From: Pirellulales bacterium
GTDB lineage: Bacteria > Planctomycetota > Planctomycetia > Pirellulales > PNKZ01
Direction of reading: 5' to 3'
DNA length: 64,000 nt
NCBI GenBank assembly: GCA_036272935.1
Contig: DATAXP010000075.1
Span: 20,511-84,510, forward strand
Shown: piece by piece, positions 40,075 through 48,885 of the stretch
How the letters are laid out: each line of letters begins with the position of its first letter
Numbering within the stretch: position 1 is the stretch's first letter
Position numbers and translations under genes: made by a program
The notes under the pieces: generated by a model
Seen by the model: the letters and a program-made list of their open reading frames with translations, nothing else
Databases searched by the model: none
What the model was told of the DNA's origin: nothing

Positions 40075-40560
40075 TCACACCCCCCGCGGACCGGTGAACC
40101 GTTTGCGGAACACCGTCAAGTGGTCGCCGTCGGCGTAGAAGTCGGCCAGGGTGGCGGCCAGTTCGTAGCCGTGCTTCAGATAGAACCGCCGCGTCGGTTC
40201 GTAGTGCGGCAGCGACGAGGTTTCGATCAGCAGTAGCCGCCCGTGCCGGTCGTGGATTTCGCGCTCGGCATGCTTCAGCAGTTGGCTGCCGATGCCCCGC
40301 GCCTGCGTGTGCCGCGTGACGGCAATCCAGTACAGGTACCAGGTGCGGTCGGTCATCGCCGCCGGGGCGTAGTAGGCGAAGCCGAGAATTTGCCCGTCGC
40401 GCTCGAACGTGACCGAGCGATGCCCGAGTGCCTGGTTGTGGGCGAAATAATCGCGGAGCACTTCGCCCAGGGCGTCGATTTCCAACGGCTTGAACACGCC
40501 GGTTTCGCGCGCCAGGGCGACCAGCGTGTCGTTATCGGCCGCGAGGGTGGGGCGGATCAT
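40075..40560 (-). CDS. GNAT-family N-acetyltransferase
   Basis: WIAVTRHTQARGIGSQLLKHAE (acetyl-CoA Q/RxxGxG/A motif). The start is taken at MIRPTLAADND (complement 40558-40560); the track TTG at 40614 is possible. Confidence 0.8.
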   Translation of the reverse strand: MIRPTLAADNDTLVALARETGVFKPLEIDALGEVLRDYFAHNQALGHRSVTFERDGQILGFAYYAPAAMTDRTWYLYWIAVTRHTQARGIGSQLLKHAEREIHDRHGRLLLIETSSLPHYEPTRRFYLKHGYELAATLADFYADGDHLTVFRKRFTGPRGV

Positions 40561-40622
40561 GGGTTGGTCGGATAGACTTCGAATCCGGGAGTTGAGAAAT
40601 ACATCGCCCGTCAAGGAATACC

Positions 40623-43532
40623 ATGCCCACGCGCGGATGGAAACAACTGCTGGCCGACGATCGTTGGTTCCGCGGCCCGGGACGCTACCCGATTGCCGCG
40701 TACTCCGAGTTCATGCCGCCGCCGCGGCTGGGACGCAAGGCGTGCGGCGAGGTCGATCGGCTGCTGTTCGACGAGGCCGATCCGTGGGGCTGGCACGTCA
40801 CCGAGTACGACGAGGCGTTCGAGCTGCGCCCGGGGCTGGAGCAGATCGCTCCGCAATTGCTGCACGCGCTAAAGCACCTGGGTCGCTGCGAGCAGGGGCA
40901 CGGTATCTCGCGTTCCAAGCTGCAGAACAACCCATTCTGGCTCGAGGAACTGCGCACCGCCGGAGCACCAAAACACGAGCGCTACGTGATCCTCGCGCCG
41001 CTGGCACTGGCGCAATCGCAGGACGACAAAGGGCGCGTGCGGTGGACGTTGTTCGGCGGCAGCGAGCAAGGACCGGCAAAGGCGTTTTGGCGCAGCTTCT
41101 ACCATGCTCCCGGCCAGGAACGCGATGCCGACGAAGGGCTCGGCTTCCTGCGTCGATTGCTCGCCGCGGCCTACGGCGAGTCGATCGCCAGCAACGACGC
41201 GCTGCACGCCGCCGGATTTCGCATCTTGCCCGTCGGCAACTCGCTGCCGTACGCGCATTGGTGCGATGAATCGTTGCCGAGCTGGACGAAGCCGCTCGTG
41301 TTGCGGCCGCGTGAACCGCTCCAACACGTTCGTTATCTATTGACGTTTCGACCGTTGGCGAGCTTGCCGCGCCCCATCCGCGAGGCCTATCGCGACGGCC
41401 GGCTGCACCTGATCCCGTTTCCCGGCAGCCTGGTGTTTTGGGGAGCGACGATGTTTGCCGAGCTCGTGCGCGAGCTGCCACTGGCGGCCCAGATTCCGCT
41501 ACTCCATTCCATCGAGCGGCATGCCGCACCGCGCGGTCTGCGGGTGCCGCAATCGGGTTGGATGCACGAGCCGCGTCCCGACCTGCCCGAGCACGACACG
41601 CACTTCGGCCCGCTGCGGAACACCTACAAGCGCACGCATCGGTGGGCGCGCGTGCATCGGTACGAAGATGAGTTGGCGTGCACCAGCGATGAGGACCGCG
41701 TGGCCCACGTGCTGTTCAGCAGCGCGCCGGGCGACATCGGCCTGTACGGGAAGCCGATGGCTCGCAATGCCCAAATCTGGACGCGCGACCGGCGGCTGCT
41801 GCTCGACGGCCCCCACGCCACGCCGCGGCAGCTTGCGCGGGCCGCGAAGACGCTGGCCGCCGGGGGGTCGTTCGGCTACCGATTCATGTTCCCGGCGATG
41901 CGCGTGGGTCGGCACGAAGTGTACTGGCATCGGCCGCTGGTGGCGTATTTTTCGGAAACCGATATGCCGACGGTGCTCGACGACGCGCCGCTGGGATATC
42001 TGACCGCCTACCGCGCCGCGCGCCCCATACTGGAGCGAGCCATCGAATTGTGGCCGCGGCTGCTGGCTCGGCCTGCCCATCGCGCCGCGGTGACCGCCTA
42101 CGACCGCGAGCATGACGTGCACTATCACCGCACGACGAACAACATCCGCAAACTGCTCGAATCCGCCGCGCTCGCCGGCCGGCCGCTCGAGCGCAGCTTC
42201 GCGCGGCAACTGCTCACACTGCCCCATCACGTGTCGCTCGATCAGTGGCTGGCCGAAGTGCCCCAGAAGGCAGCGAACACGTCGGCCGCCGCGGAACTTG
42301 CTAGCGCGCTAGGTGAAACGATCGAGCCGGCGACAGACAGCGCGGCCGAGAAGCTGCCGCGCCCGCTCACCTTTGCGCGCACTGCCACGCGCTCGTTCGA
42401 GACGGCGTACTGGAAAACGATCGCCGCCCTGTCGACCGGCAAGTTCATCAACAAGGACAATGCCGACTGTGTGCGCGATCCACCCACGCGGGCCCGATTG
42501 CTGCACGAACATCGTGATCTTGAAGCGCTCGGCGACTATCTGCTGGCGTATTACTCGCGCCTCATCGCCGGGCGCAAGATGACCGACACGGCCTGGGTCG
42601 GCGAGCTGCCGTTCCGCTGGCAGACCGACTTTCAATTCTCGTGGATGGGCGGCTGGTTGAAGAACCAGGCGAACCAACTGCGCGAACGCGACCTGGTGGT
42701 GATGATCCCCGGGCGCGATCGCCGCCGGGCGGTCATCATGGCCGACCATTACGACACGGCCTATATGGAAGACGAGTACGGCTACACGCACGGTGGCGGC
42801 GGGCCGCGCCTGGCCGCGGCAGGCGCCGATGACAACCACTCGGCAACCGCGGCGCTGATGCTGGCCGCGCCGGTGTTGCTCGATCTGAGCCGCAAGGGAA
42901 AGCTGCTGCGCGACGTGTGGCTGGTGCATCTCACGGGGGAAGAATTTCCGGCCGATTGCATGGGGGCACGCCACTTGTGCCAGCAGGTGGTCGAAGGGGA
43001 GCTGCGGCTGCGCAGTGCCCGCGGCCGGCCCCGGCGCATGACGGGCGTGCAGATTGACGGCGTGTACGTGCTCGATATGGTCGCGCACAACAACGATCGC
43101 GACCGCGACGTGTTCCAGATTTGCCCGGGCACCGGAAGCAAGTCGCTGTGGCTGGCTCGTCAGGCGCACGGCGCCAACCGAGATTGGAACGCACTGGCCC
43201 CGCACTGGAACGCGCGTCCCGCGCGCCGCAAAGCAGGGCGCGGGCGCCGCAGTGCCGACGGCCGCACGATGCCCGCCATCGCCCAGCATCCGCTGCTTTC
43301 CGGCGAAGTGCGTCCGCCGCGCGATCCGCGCAGCACACTCTACAACACCGACGGCCAGATCTTTTCCGACGCCGGTGTGCCGGTCGTGCTGTTCATGGAG
43401 AACTACGACATCAACCGTCACGGCTACCACGACAGCCACGACACGCTCGAGAACATCGACCTCGATTATGGCGCGGCAGTGGCAGCGATCGCCATCGAAT
43501 CGGTCGCCCGGGCGGCGAGCGCGGGTGCTTAG
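40623..43532 (+). CDS. 969-aa cytoplasmic protein: uncharacterised roughly 640-aa N-terminal region plus a C-terminal M28-like dizinc peptidase domain
   Basis: AAGGAA RBS before the ATG. I see no signal peptide. The C-terminal ligand pattern is ADHYD, GADDNHSATAALM, LTGEEF, VLDMVAHN, GYHDSHDT. Confidence 0.75.
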   Translation: MPTRGWKQLLADDRWFRGPGRYPIAAYSEFMPPPRLGRKACGEVDRLLFDEADPWGWHVTEYDEAFELRPGLEQIAPQLLHALKHLGRCEQGHGISRSKLQNNPFWLEELRTAGAPKHERYVILAPLALAQSQDDKGRVRWTLFGGSEQGPAKAFWRSFYHAPGQERDADEGLGFLRRLLAAAYGESIASNDALHAAGFRILPVGNSLPYAHWCDESLPSWTKPLVLRPREPLQHVRYLLTFRPLASLPRPIREAYRDGRLHLIPFPGSLVFWGATMFAELVRELPLAAQIPLLHSIERHAAPRGLRVPQSGWMHEPRPDLPEHDTHFGPLRNTYKRTHRWARVHRYEDELACTSDEDRVAHVLFSSAPGDIGLYGKPMARNAQIWTRDRRLLLDGPHATPRQLARAAKTLAAGGSFGYRFMFPAMRVGRHEVYWHRPLVAYFSETDMPTVLDDAPLGYLTAYRAARPILERAIELWPRLLARPAHRAAVTAYDREHDVHYHRTTNNIRKLLESAALAGRPLERSFARQLLTLPHHVSLDQWLAEVPQKAANTSAAAELASALGETIEPATDSAAEKLPRPLTFARTATRSFETAYWKTIAALSTGKFINKDNADCVRDPPTRARLLHEHRDLEALGDYLLAYYSRLIAGRKMTDTAWVGELPFRWQTDFQFSWMGGWLKNQANQLRERDLVVMIPGRDRRRAVIMADHYDTAYMEDEYGYTHGGGGPRLAAAGADDNHSATAALMLAAPVLLDLSRKGKLLRDVWLVHLTGEEFPADCMGARHLCQQVVEGELRLRSARGRPRRMTGVQIDGVYVLDMVAHNNDRDRDVFQICPGTGSKSLWLARQAHGANRDWNALAPHWNARPARRKAGRGRRSADGRTMPAIAQHPLLSGEVRPPRDPRSTLYNTDGQIFSDAGVPVVLFMENYDINRHGYHDSHDTLENIDLDYGAAVAAIAIESVARAASAGA

Positions 43533-43697
43533 AGGCGCGAGTCGTGACGGCCTAATGTTTGCCAGCCCCGAGCGCGAGCGAGCGGTTCGCAAACGCAAAT
43601 CGCACGACTAGAAAATGCTAGGTTTGAAGGTGCCGTTCGACCGTCACGGCATGCTTTTGCGGTTCGAACATATGCCGTCTCTGAGGAAAACCTTCCC

Positions 43698-45440
43698 ATG
43701 CTGCGGGCAACAAACCTCCGCACCACGTTGATCGCTACGTTGCTTGAATTTGCTTTCGCGCTCGCCCCGGGCCGAGGGTTCGCCGCCGAGATGGCCGACG
43801 CGATCTATCACGGTGGCGAGATTGTCACGGTCGATGACCGCCAGCCGACGGCCCAGGCACTGGCGGTGCACGATGGCAAGATTCTCGCGGTCGGCTCGCT
43901 AGACGACGTGATGAAGCTGCGCGGCTCCGAGACGCACGTCGTCGACCTTGCCGGCAAGGCGCTCTTGCCAGGGTTCATCGATCCGCATTCGCACTACGCA
44001 ATGGCATTGGTCATTGCCGACGAGTGCAAGCTGTTCGCTCCGCCGTCGGGGCCGGGCAAGGACGTCGACAGCATGATCGCCGCGCTCAAGCAATTCGCTG
44101 CCGATCGGAAGATCGCACCCGGTGAAGAGATTATCGGCTACGGCTACGACGACACCGTGATGCCCCAGGGACGGCTGCTGAATCGCGACGACCTCGACGC
44201 AGCGTTTCCAAACAACCCAGTGCGCGTCGATCACGTGTCGATGCACGGCACGGTGCTCAACAGCCTGGCGATGCAGCAGTACGGCTTCAGTGCCGAGACC
44301 AAGGCTCCGCCGGGTGGCGTGATCGTCCGCAAGCCCGGCACGAACGAGCCGTGGGGCCTGATCATGGAGACGGCGTTCCTGCCGATTCTGGAACAGACGC
44401 CGCGGATGACCGAGCAGCAGGAAATCGCGGCGACCAAGGCGGGGCAGTGGCTATATGCCGAGGCGGGCATCACCACGGCCCACGAAGGGCTCACCAACCT
44501 GGCGCAACTAAGGATGATGAAGCGTGCCGCCGATGCCGGCATCCACACGATCGACGTGATCGCGTTTGCATCGATCTTCGAGCTGGACGAAATCGTTGCC
44601 GAGTTCCCCATCGCTGCGTGGGGCACGTACGACCAGGGGCTCAAGATCGGCGGCGTGAAGATCACGATCGATGGCTCGCCGCAAGGCCGCACCGCGGCCT
44701 TCACGACGCCGTATCTCACCGGTGGCCCGGGTGGCGAAAGGCCGTGGTCGGGCGAGCTAGCCGCTCCGAAGCAAACGATCGACGCGGCGGTCAAGCATGT
44801 CTACGACCTCGGCGTGCCGCTGAACCTGCACGCCAACGGTGATGCCGCGATCGACGCTTTCCTGCAGGCTCACGAGTACGCCGCCTCAGGCGATTTGGGG
44901 CGCGATCGCCGTGTGACGCTGATGCATGCCCAGTTCACGCGCAAGGACCAGATCGCCAAGTTCGTCGACTACAAGATCCGGCCGTCGTTCTACTCGCTGC
45001 ACACCTATTACTTTGCCGATGCGCACATCCGCAACCGCGGCGTAACCCAGGCGATGTACATCAGCCCCATGCGCGACGCGATCGACGCCGGCCTGCATCC
45101 GACGAACCATACCGACTTTGTCGTCGCACCGTTGGACCAGGCGATGGTGCTGTGGTCGGCCGTGAACCGCATTTCCCGGGCGGGCAATCGCATCGGCCCC
45201 GATCAGCGCATCACGCCGCTCGAAGCCCTGAAGGCAATCACCCTCTGGCCGGCCGAGCAATACGGTGAGCAGGATACGAAGGGCTCGCTCGCGCCCGGCA
45301 AGCGGGCCGACATGGTGATCCTCGACCGCAACCCGCTGGTATGCCCGCCGCTCGGGCTCAACGAGCTGTGCGTGCTCGAAACCATTAAGGATGGCCGCAC
45401 AATCTACGCGGCGGGCGCCGACACACCTTCGGCGCAATAG
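43698..45440 (+). CDS. secreted amidohydrolase-family (Amidohydro_3 / YtcJ-like) metal-dependent hydrolase
   Basis: Signal-like MLRATNLRTTLIATLLEFAFALAPGRGFAAE. GFIDPHSHY metal motif. HANGDAAID. 580 aa. Confidence 0.85.
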   Translation: MLRATNLRTTLIATLLEFAFALAPGRGFAAEMADAIYHGGEIVTVDDRQPTAQALAVHDGKILAVGSLDDVMKLRGSETHVVDLAGKALLPGFIDPHSHYAMALVIADECKLFAPPSGPGKDVDSMIAALKQFAADRKIAPGEEIIGYGYDDTVMPQGRLLNRDDLDAAFPNNPVRVDHVSMHGTVLNSLAMQQYGFSAETKAPPGGVIVRKPGTNEPWGLIMETAFLPILEQTPRMTEQQEIAATKAGQWLYAEAGITTAHEGLTNLAQLRMMKRAADAGIHTIDVIAFASIFELDEIVAEFPIAAWGTYDQGLKIGGVKITIDGSPQGRTAAFTTPYLTGGPGGERPWSGELAAPKQTIDAAVKHVYDLGVPLNLHANGDAAIDAFLQAHEYAASGDLGRDRRVTLMHAQFTRKDQIAKFVDYKIRPSFYSLHTYYFADAHIRNRGVTQAMYISPMRDAIDAGLHPTNHTDFVVAPLDQAMVLWSAVNRISRAGNRIGPDQRITPLEALKAITLWPAEQYGEQDTKGSLAPGKRADMVILDRNPLVCPPLGLNELCVLETIKDGRTIYAAGADTPSAQ

Positions 45441-45453
45441 CGCCTGCGGCGCA

Positions 45454-45548
45454 TTAGCCCCGGCCTCTGGTCGGGGGTGGTTTTGCGATCGCGCCCAGCG
45501 CATATTGTCATCGTGTCGAAACACCCCCGGGCAAAGCCCGGGGCTAAG
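45454..45548. repeat. REPIN-like doublet: two inverted copies of a roughly 25-nt REP (TTAGCCCCGGCCTCTGGTCGGGGG ... CCCCCGGGCAAAGCCCGGGGCTAAG)
   Basis: Each copy is an 8-bp CCCCGGsC hairpin with a 3-nt loop. The copies at 45454-45477 and 45524-45548 are reverse complements of each other apart from a few substitutions. Confidence 0.8.
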
Positions 45549-45569
45549 AACCTCACGAAAGAAATTGCA

Positions 45570-47522
45570 ATGCTGCCGATTCGAGTCGCGGTTGCGGTGA
45601 TTCTTGCGATCGCCGCGACTCAGTCGGCCTCCGCCGCAACGCTCTCGCCGGGACTGGGTCGATTCGAGGCAACGCACGCCGGCCGCTCGATTCCGGTTTG
45701 GTACTTCGTACCTGATGATGCCGGTGCCGATACGCCGGTGCTGATCGTGATGCACGGCGTCAACCGCGACGCCGATCGCTACCGCGACGAATGGGTGCCG
45801 CATGCCCGGCGGTATGGATTCATCGTGCTGGCTCCCGAGTTCTCGAAGGAAGCGTGGCCCGGCGAAGATCGCTACAACTCCGGCAACACGCTCGACGACC
45901 AGAGCCGCCCGCTGCCGCGCGAACAGTGGTCGTTCAGCTACATCGAACCGGTGTTCGATGCCGCGAAGAAATCGCTGGGCAATCGCACGAAGCAGTATTA
46001 CCTCTATGGGCACTCGGCTGGCGCGCAGTTCGTGCATCGGTTTTTGTATCACGTCCCCGAGGCCCGCGTCGCCAAGGCGGTGGCGGCCAACGCCGGCTGG
46101 TGGACGTTGCCCGATCCGGCGGTCGATTTTCCCTACGGCCTGCGCGGAAGTGCGGTCGATGTCGCCGATTTGAAGACGATGCTCGGCCGCCCACTCGTCG
46201 TGTTGCTCGGCACGGCCGACACCGATCCGAATCACAAGAACCTGCGCCGCACACCCGAGGCGAACGCACAAGGTCCGCATCGCTTCGCGCGCGGACACAC
46301 CTTCTACGAAGCAGGGCAGAAACGGGCGGCGGCGCTCGGCGTCCCGCTTCACTGGCAGCTTGCCACCGCGCCGGGCGTGGGCCACAGCGACAGCGGCATG
46401 TCGGTATACGCCGTGCGACATCTGTTCGGCCAGCCCAAGATTATCAGCCGCAGCCCCGACCGGGTGCGCATCCTATTCGGCGGCGACACCAGCGGCGGCG
46501 AGAGTTACCAGGACCAGTACGCCCAGCAAGGCCAAACCAACGTGCTCATCGAAAAAGGCTACGAGCACGGCACCGTGCAGCTCGATCGGTTGCTGGCTGC
46601 GGCCGACTACCGGGTGATCAATCTCGAAACGCCGTTGACCGCGCGTCGCGATAGTCCGCTCAAGGGGAAGGACTATCTGCACTACAGCGACCCGGTGAAG
46701 GTGCCGGCGCTGTTCAGCAAGTTCGGGCGCACGGCATTCTCGCTGGCGAACAATCACACGCTCGATTTCGGCCCCGAGGGGCTCGACGACACGCGTGCCG
46801 CGCTGGCCGCGGCTGAGGCCGATTGGTTCGGCGGCGGCGAGAACCTGCGTGAGGCGGCGAAGCCGCTGGTGCAAGAATTCCAATTAGGCAAGCAATCGCT
46901 GACGCTCGCGATCTTCGGCACGTTTGAATACCGCCAGGATTACGACCGCGATTTTCACTTCTACGCGAGCGCCGATCGCCCCGGCACCGCGCCGATCGAC
47001 CTGGCCGCCGTGCGACAAGCGATTGCGGAACTTCGCAAGACGTCGCCACAAGCGTTTGTCGTGTACTTCGTGCATTGGGGCGGCAACTATGCCTGGAAAA
47101 CCGACGAGCAGACGGCACTCGCGCGCGACCTGCGCAATGCGGACGTGGACTTGATCGTCGGCCATGGCGCGCACATGCTGCAAGAAGTTGAGCACGACGG
47201 CCGGAGTTGGACCTTCTACAGCATCGGCAATTTTCTGTTCAACGCGCGTGGCCGCTACGCGGCGCACAACGCACCACCCTATAGCCTGCCATTGCTCGTC
47301 GATCTGTCGCTCGTCGACGGGAGGGTGCAGCCAATGGTGCGCGCCTATCCGATCGTCAGCGACAACCAGGCCACCGGCTACCAACCGCGCTTCGTCACCG
47401 ACGAAGAGCTGACGCAGATCGAAACACTGCTGGCCGAGAAGAGCGCCTGGAGCCCGCAAACCCGCGCCGCCATCAAGCGCGGCGCCGACGATTGCGGCCG
47501 GTACTTGCAATGCGATATGTAG
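45570..47522 (+). CDS. secreted fusion protein: alpha/beta-hydrolase (PHB-depolymerase-type esterase) N-domain plus CapA/PGA_cap metallophosphatase-like C-domain
   Basis: The ATG at 45570 gives MLPIRVAVAVILAIAATQSASA. Esterase nucleophile elbow LYGHSAGAQF. C-terminal half VINLETPLT, SLANNHTLDFG, VHWGGNY, IVGHGAHMLQ. Confidence 0.8.
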   Translation: MLPIRVAVAVILAIAATQSASAATLSPGLGRFEATHAGRSIPVWYFVPDDAGADTPVLIVMHGVNRDADRYRDEWVPHARRYGFIVLAPEFSKEAWPGEDRYNSGNTLDDQSRPLPREQWSFSYIEPVFDAAKKSLGNRTKQYYLYGHSAGAQFVHRFLYHVPEARVAKAVAANAGWWTLPDPAVDFPYGLRGSAVDVADLKTMLGRPLVVLLGTADTDPNHKNLRRTPEANAQGPHRFARGHTFYEAGQKRAAALGVPLHWQLATAPGVGHSDSGMSVYAVRHLFGQPKIISRSPDRVRILFGGDTSGGESYQDQYAQQGQTNVLIEKGYEHGTVQLDRLLAAADYRVINLETPLTARRDSPLKGKDYLHYSDPVKVPALFSKFGRTAFSLANNHTLDFGPEGLDDTRAALAAAEADWFGGGENLREAAKPLVQEFQLGKQSLTLAIFGTFEYRQDYDRDFHFYASADRPGTAPIDLAAVRQAIAELRKTSPQAFVVYFVHWGGNYAWKTDEQTALARDLRNADVDLIVGHGAHMLQEVEHDGRSWTFYSIGNFLFNARGRYAAHNAPPYSLPLLVDLSLVDGRVQPMVRAYPIVSDNQATGYQPRFVTDEELTQIETLLAEKSAWSPQTRAAIKRGADDCGRYLQCDM

Positions 47523-47594
47523 CCCCGGGCTCTGCCCGGGGGCAGTTAACCGTGACCACGCACAATTGGCCCCCGGCCAAAGACCGGGGCTAAC
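47519..47594. repeat. second REPIN-like doublet of the same REP family (GTAGCCCCGGGCTCTGCCCGGGGG ... CCCCCGGCCAAAGACCGGGGCTAAC)
   Basis: Copies at 47519-47545 and 47568-47594. The first begins with the canonical GTAG and overlaps the stop codon of the upstream gene. Confidence 0.8.
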
Positions 47595-48080
47595 GACCGC
47601 TATGGGGTACGAGGACGGCGCTGGCGTATCGCACGCCGCGTGCAGTGTACCGCGAGGGGTCGAATGGCCGATGAACATCTTGGGCCGCAAAATTTCTGGC
47701 TGCGCCAGACTGACACAGCAACCCACGACCACCAGCAACACGTAACCAGCCACTGCGGCCGCGCGAGACCTGTGAGGGGTCTCACGGGCCGCTGGCACAA
47801 CAACCCTGCATCTTATTCAACGCCCAAAAGCGCCCAACACTTGGGGTCCACCTCACTCTTAAGAGCATTCCTTTGTCGCTACAGGCTGCACAACCGTCAT
47901 GCGCTGATGACGCACGGGCAAAATGCCGCAATTGAAATTGAGTGATGAGGGGGGGACAGGTCTTCCCGGTGAGCCGGTTGACCGAAGCGAGCGCAGCGCG
48001 TGCTAATATTCCATAGCCATGCTTTACATTAGGCGATACGGCCACAACACGCTAGCCAATAAGCCATTTGCATCGAGATT

Positions 48081-48815
48081 ATGGATTCAACTGCGATGCG
48101 ATTGGTCGTGCTGACGGAAGCGCACTGGATTGTCGGAACATTCCCCACTGGCGGACAGCGGCTCTTAGACCTGTTGAATTCAGCGCATAGCGAGTTTTTG
48201 TTGCTGAGCGATGTGCGACTTCAGGAGCGCTTTGCGGGGTCAACGACTCGGATCGGCAAAGCCACCATCCGCAAATCACAGATCGTCGTCGCCACGCCCG
48301 CGGCCGACCGGCACGAAGCGCCTGAAAAGCGTAGAAATGCTCTGTCTTCGAAGCGGGTAGGATCCGCCCACCTCGTTGTCGCGAATGCCCACTTGCGAGG
48401 CAAGGTCCATCTTCGCGGACACAACGACTCATTCCACGCGCTTGTTCATGAATTGGGAGACTTTTTTCCGGTCACTGAGGCCACGCTCGTCGAGGCAATC
48501 CCGCTGCTGCCGATCGAGTTGGCCGTCGCCATCGTGAACAAATCGTTTGTCAGTGTTTTCAGCGTGGGCAACGAAACCGTAGACCCGGCATCGACCGCGT
48601 GCCTCGAGACTCAGACTGCGGATTCGATCCACGACGTCGAATCGCGGATCGAATCAGCGCTTCACGAAATCAGCCGGCTCGTCGGCGACCGTTGGGTAAG
48701 TCGCGAAGAATCGCAAGCACCGCTTTTCGGCGGCGACGTGCTGCCGGTGCATGTTGGCTCCTGCCGCTCGGCAGGGAGCACCACGCCTTCCCCCACAGCG
48801 ATCAAGCCGCGGTAG
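48081..48815 (+). CDS. hypothetical protein with an internal tandem duplication of a roughly 70-aa module
   Basis: Module 1 is RLVVLTEAHWIVGTFPTGGQRLLDLLNSAHSEFLLLSDV...ATIRKSQIVVATP. Module 2 is AHLVVANAHLRGKVHLRGHNDSFHALVHELGDFFPVTEA...VAIVNKSFVSVFSV. The region has lower GC. The C-terminal roughly 70 aa are of doubtful coding quality. Confidence 0.5.
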   Translation: MDSTAMRLVVLTEAHWIVGTFPTGGQRLLDLLNSAHSEFLLLSDVRLQERFAGSTTRIGKATIRKSQIVVATPAADRHEAPEKRRNALSSKRVGSAHLVVANAHLRGKVHLRGHNDSFHALVHELGDFFPVTEATLVEAIPLLPIELAVAIVNKSFVSVFSVGNETVDPASTACLETQTADSIHDVESRIESALHEISRLVGDRWVSREESQAPLFGGDVLPVHVGSCRSAGSTTPSPTAIKPR

Positions 48816-48885
48816 GAGTCATCAGCCGCGCCGGTGATCGTGATCGCCGGGCGGGGGAACTCCATCCCCAACTTTCGCGACCCTT

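Noticed and set aside
39692-40078. 128-aa minus-strand ORF covering the tRNA-Leu region.
   Set aside because: It overlaps a well-folding tRNA and an imperfect-hairpin spacer, and it has no start context or motifs.
45454-47594. Possibility that the repeated GC hairpins here, and those at 51.3-54.8 kb, are CRISPR arrays.
   Set aside because: There is no regular direct-repeat/spacer periodicity. Copies occur as inverted pairs or as unrelated sequences, never three or more evenly spaced direct repeats, and no cas genes are present.
47523-48080. Search for a gene or structured RNA (tmRNA, RNase P, SRP, 6S) in the roughly 560-bp gene-free stretch.
   Set aside because: Only short, unconvincing ORFs are present (47600-47803, 47640-47945, 47782-48045). 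I saw no tRNA-like 3' end or other diagnostic RNA motifs, only a 6-bp GAGACC/GGTCTC hairpin. I left it unannotated rather than guess.
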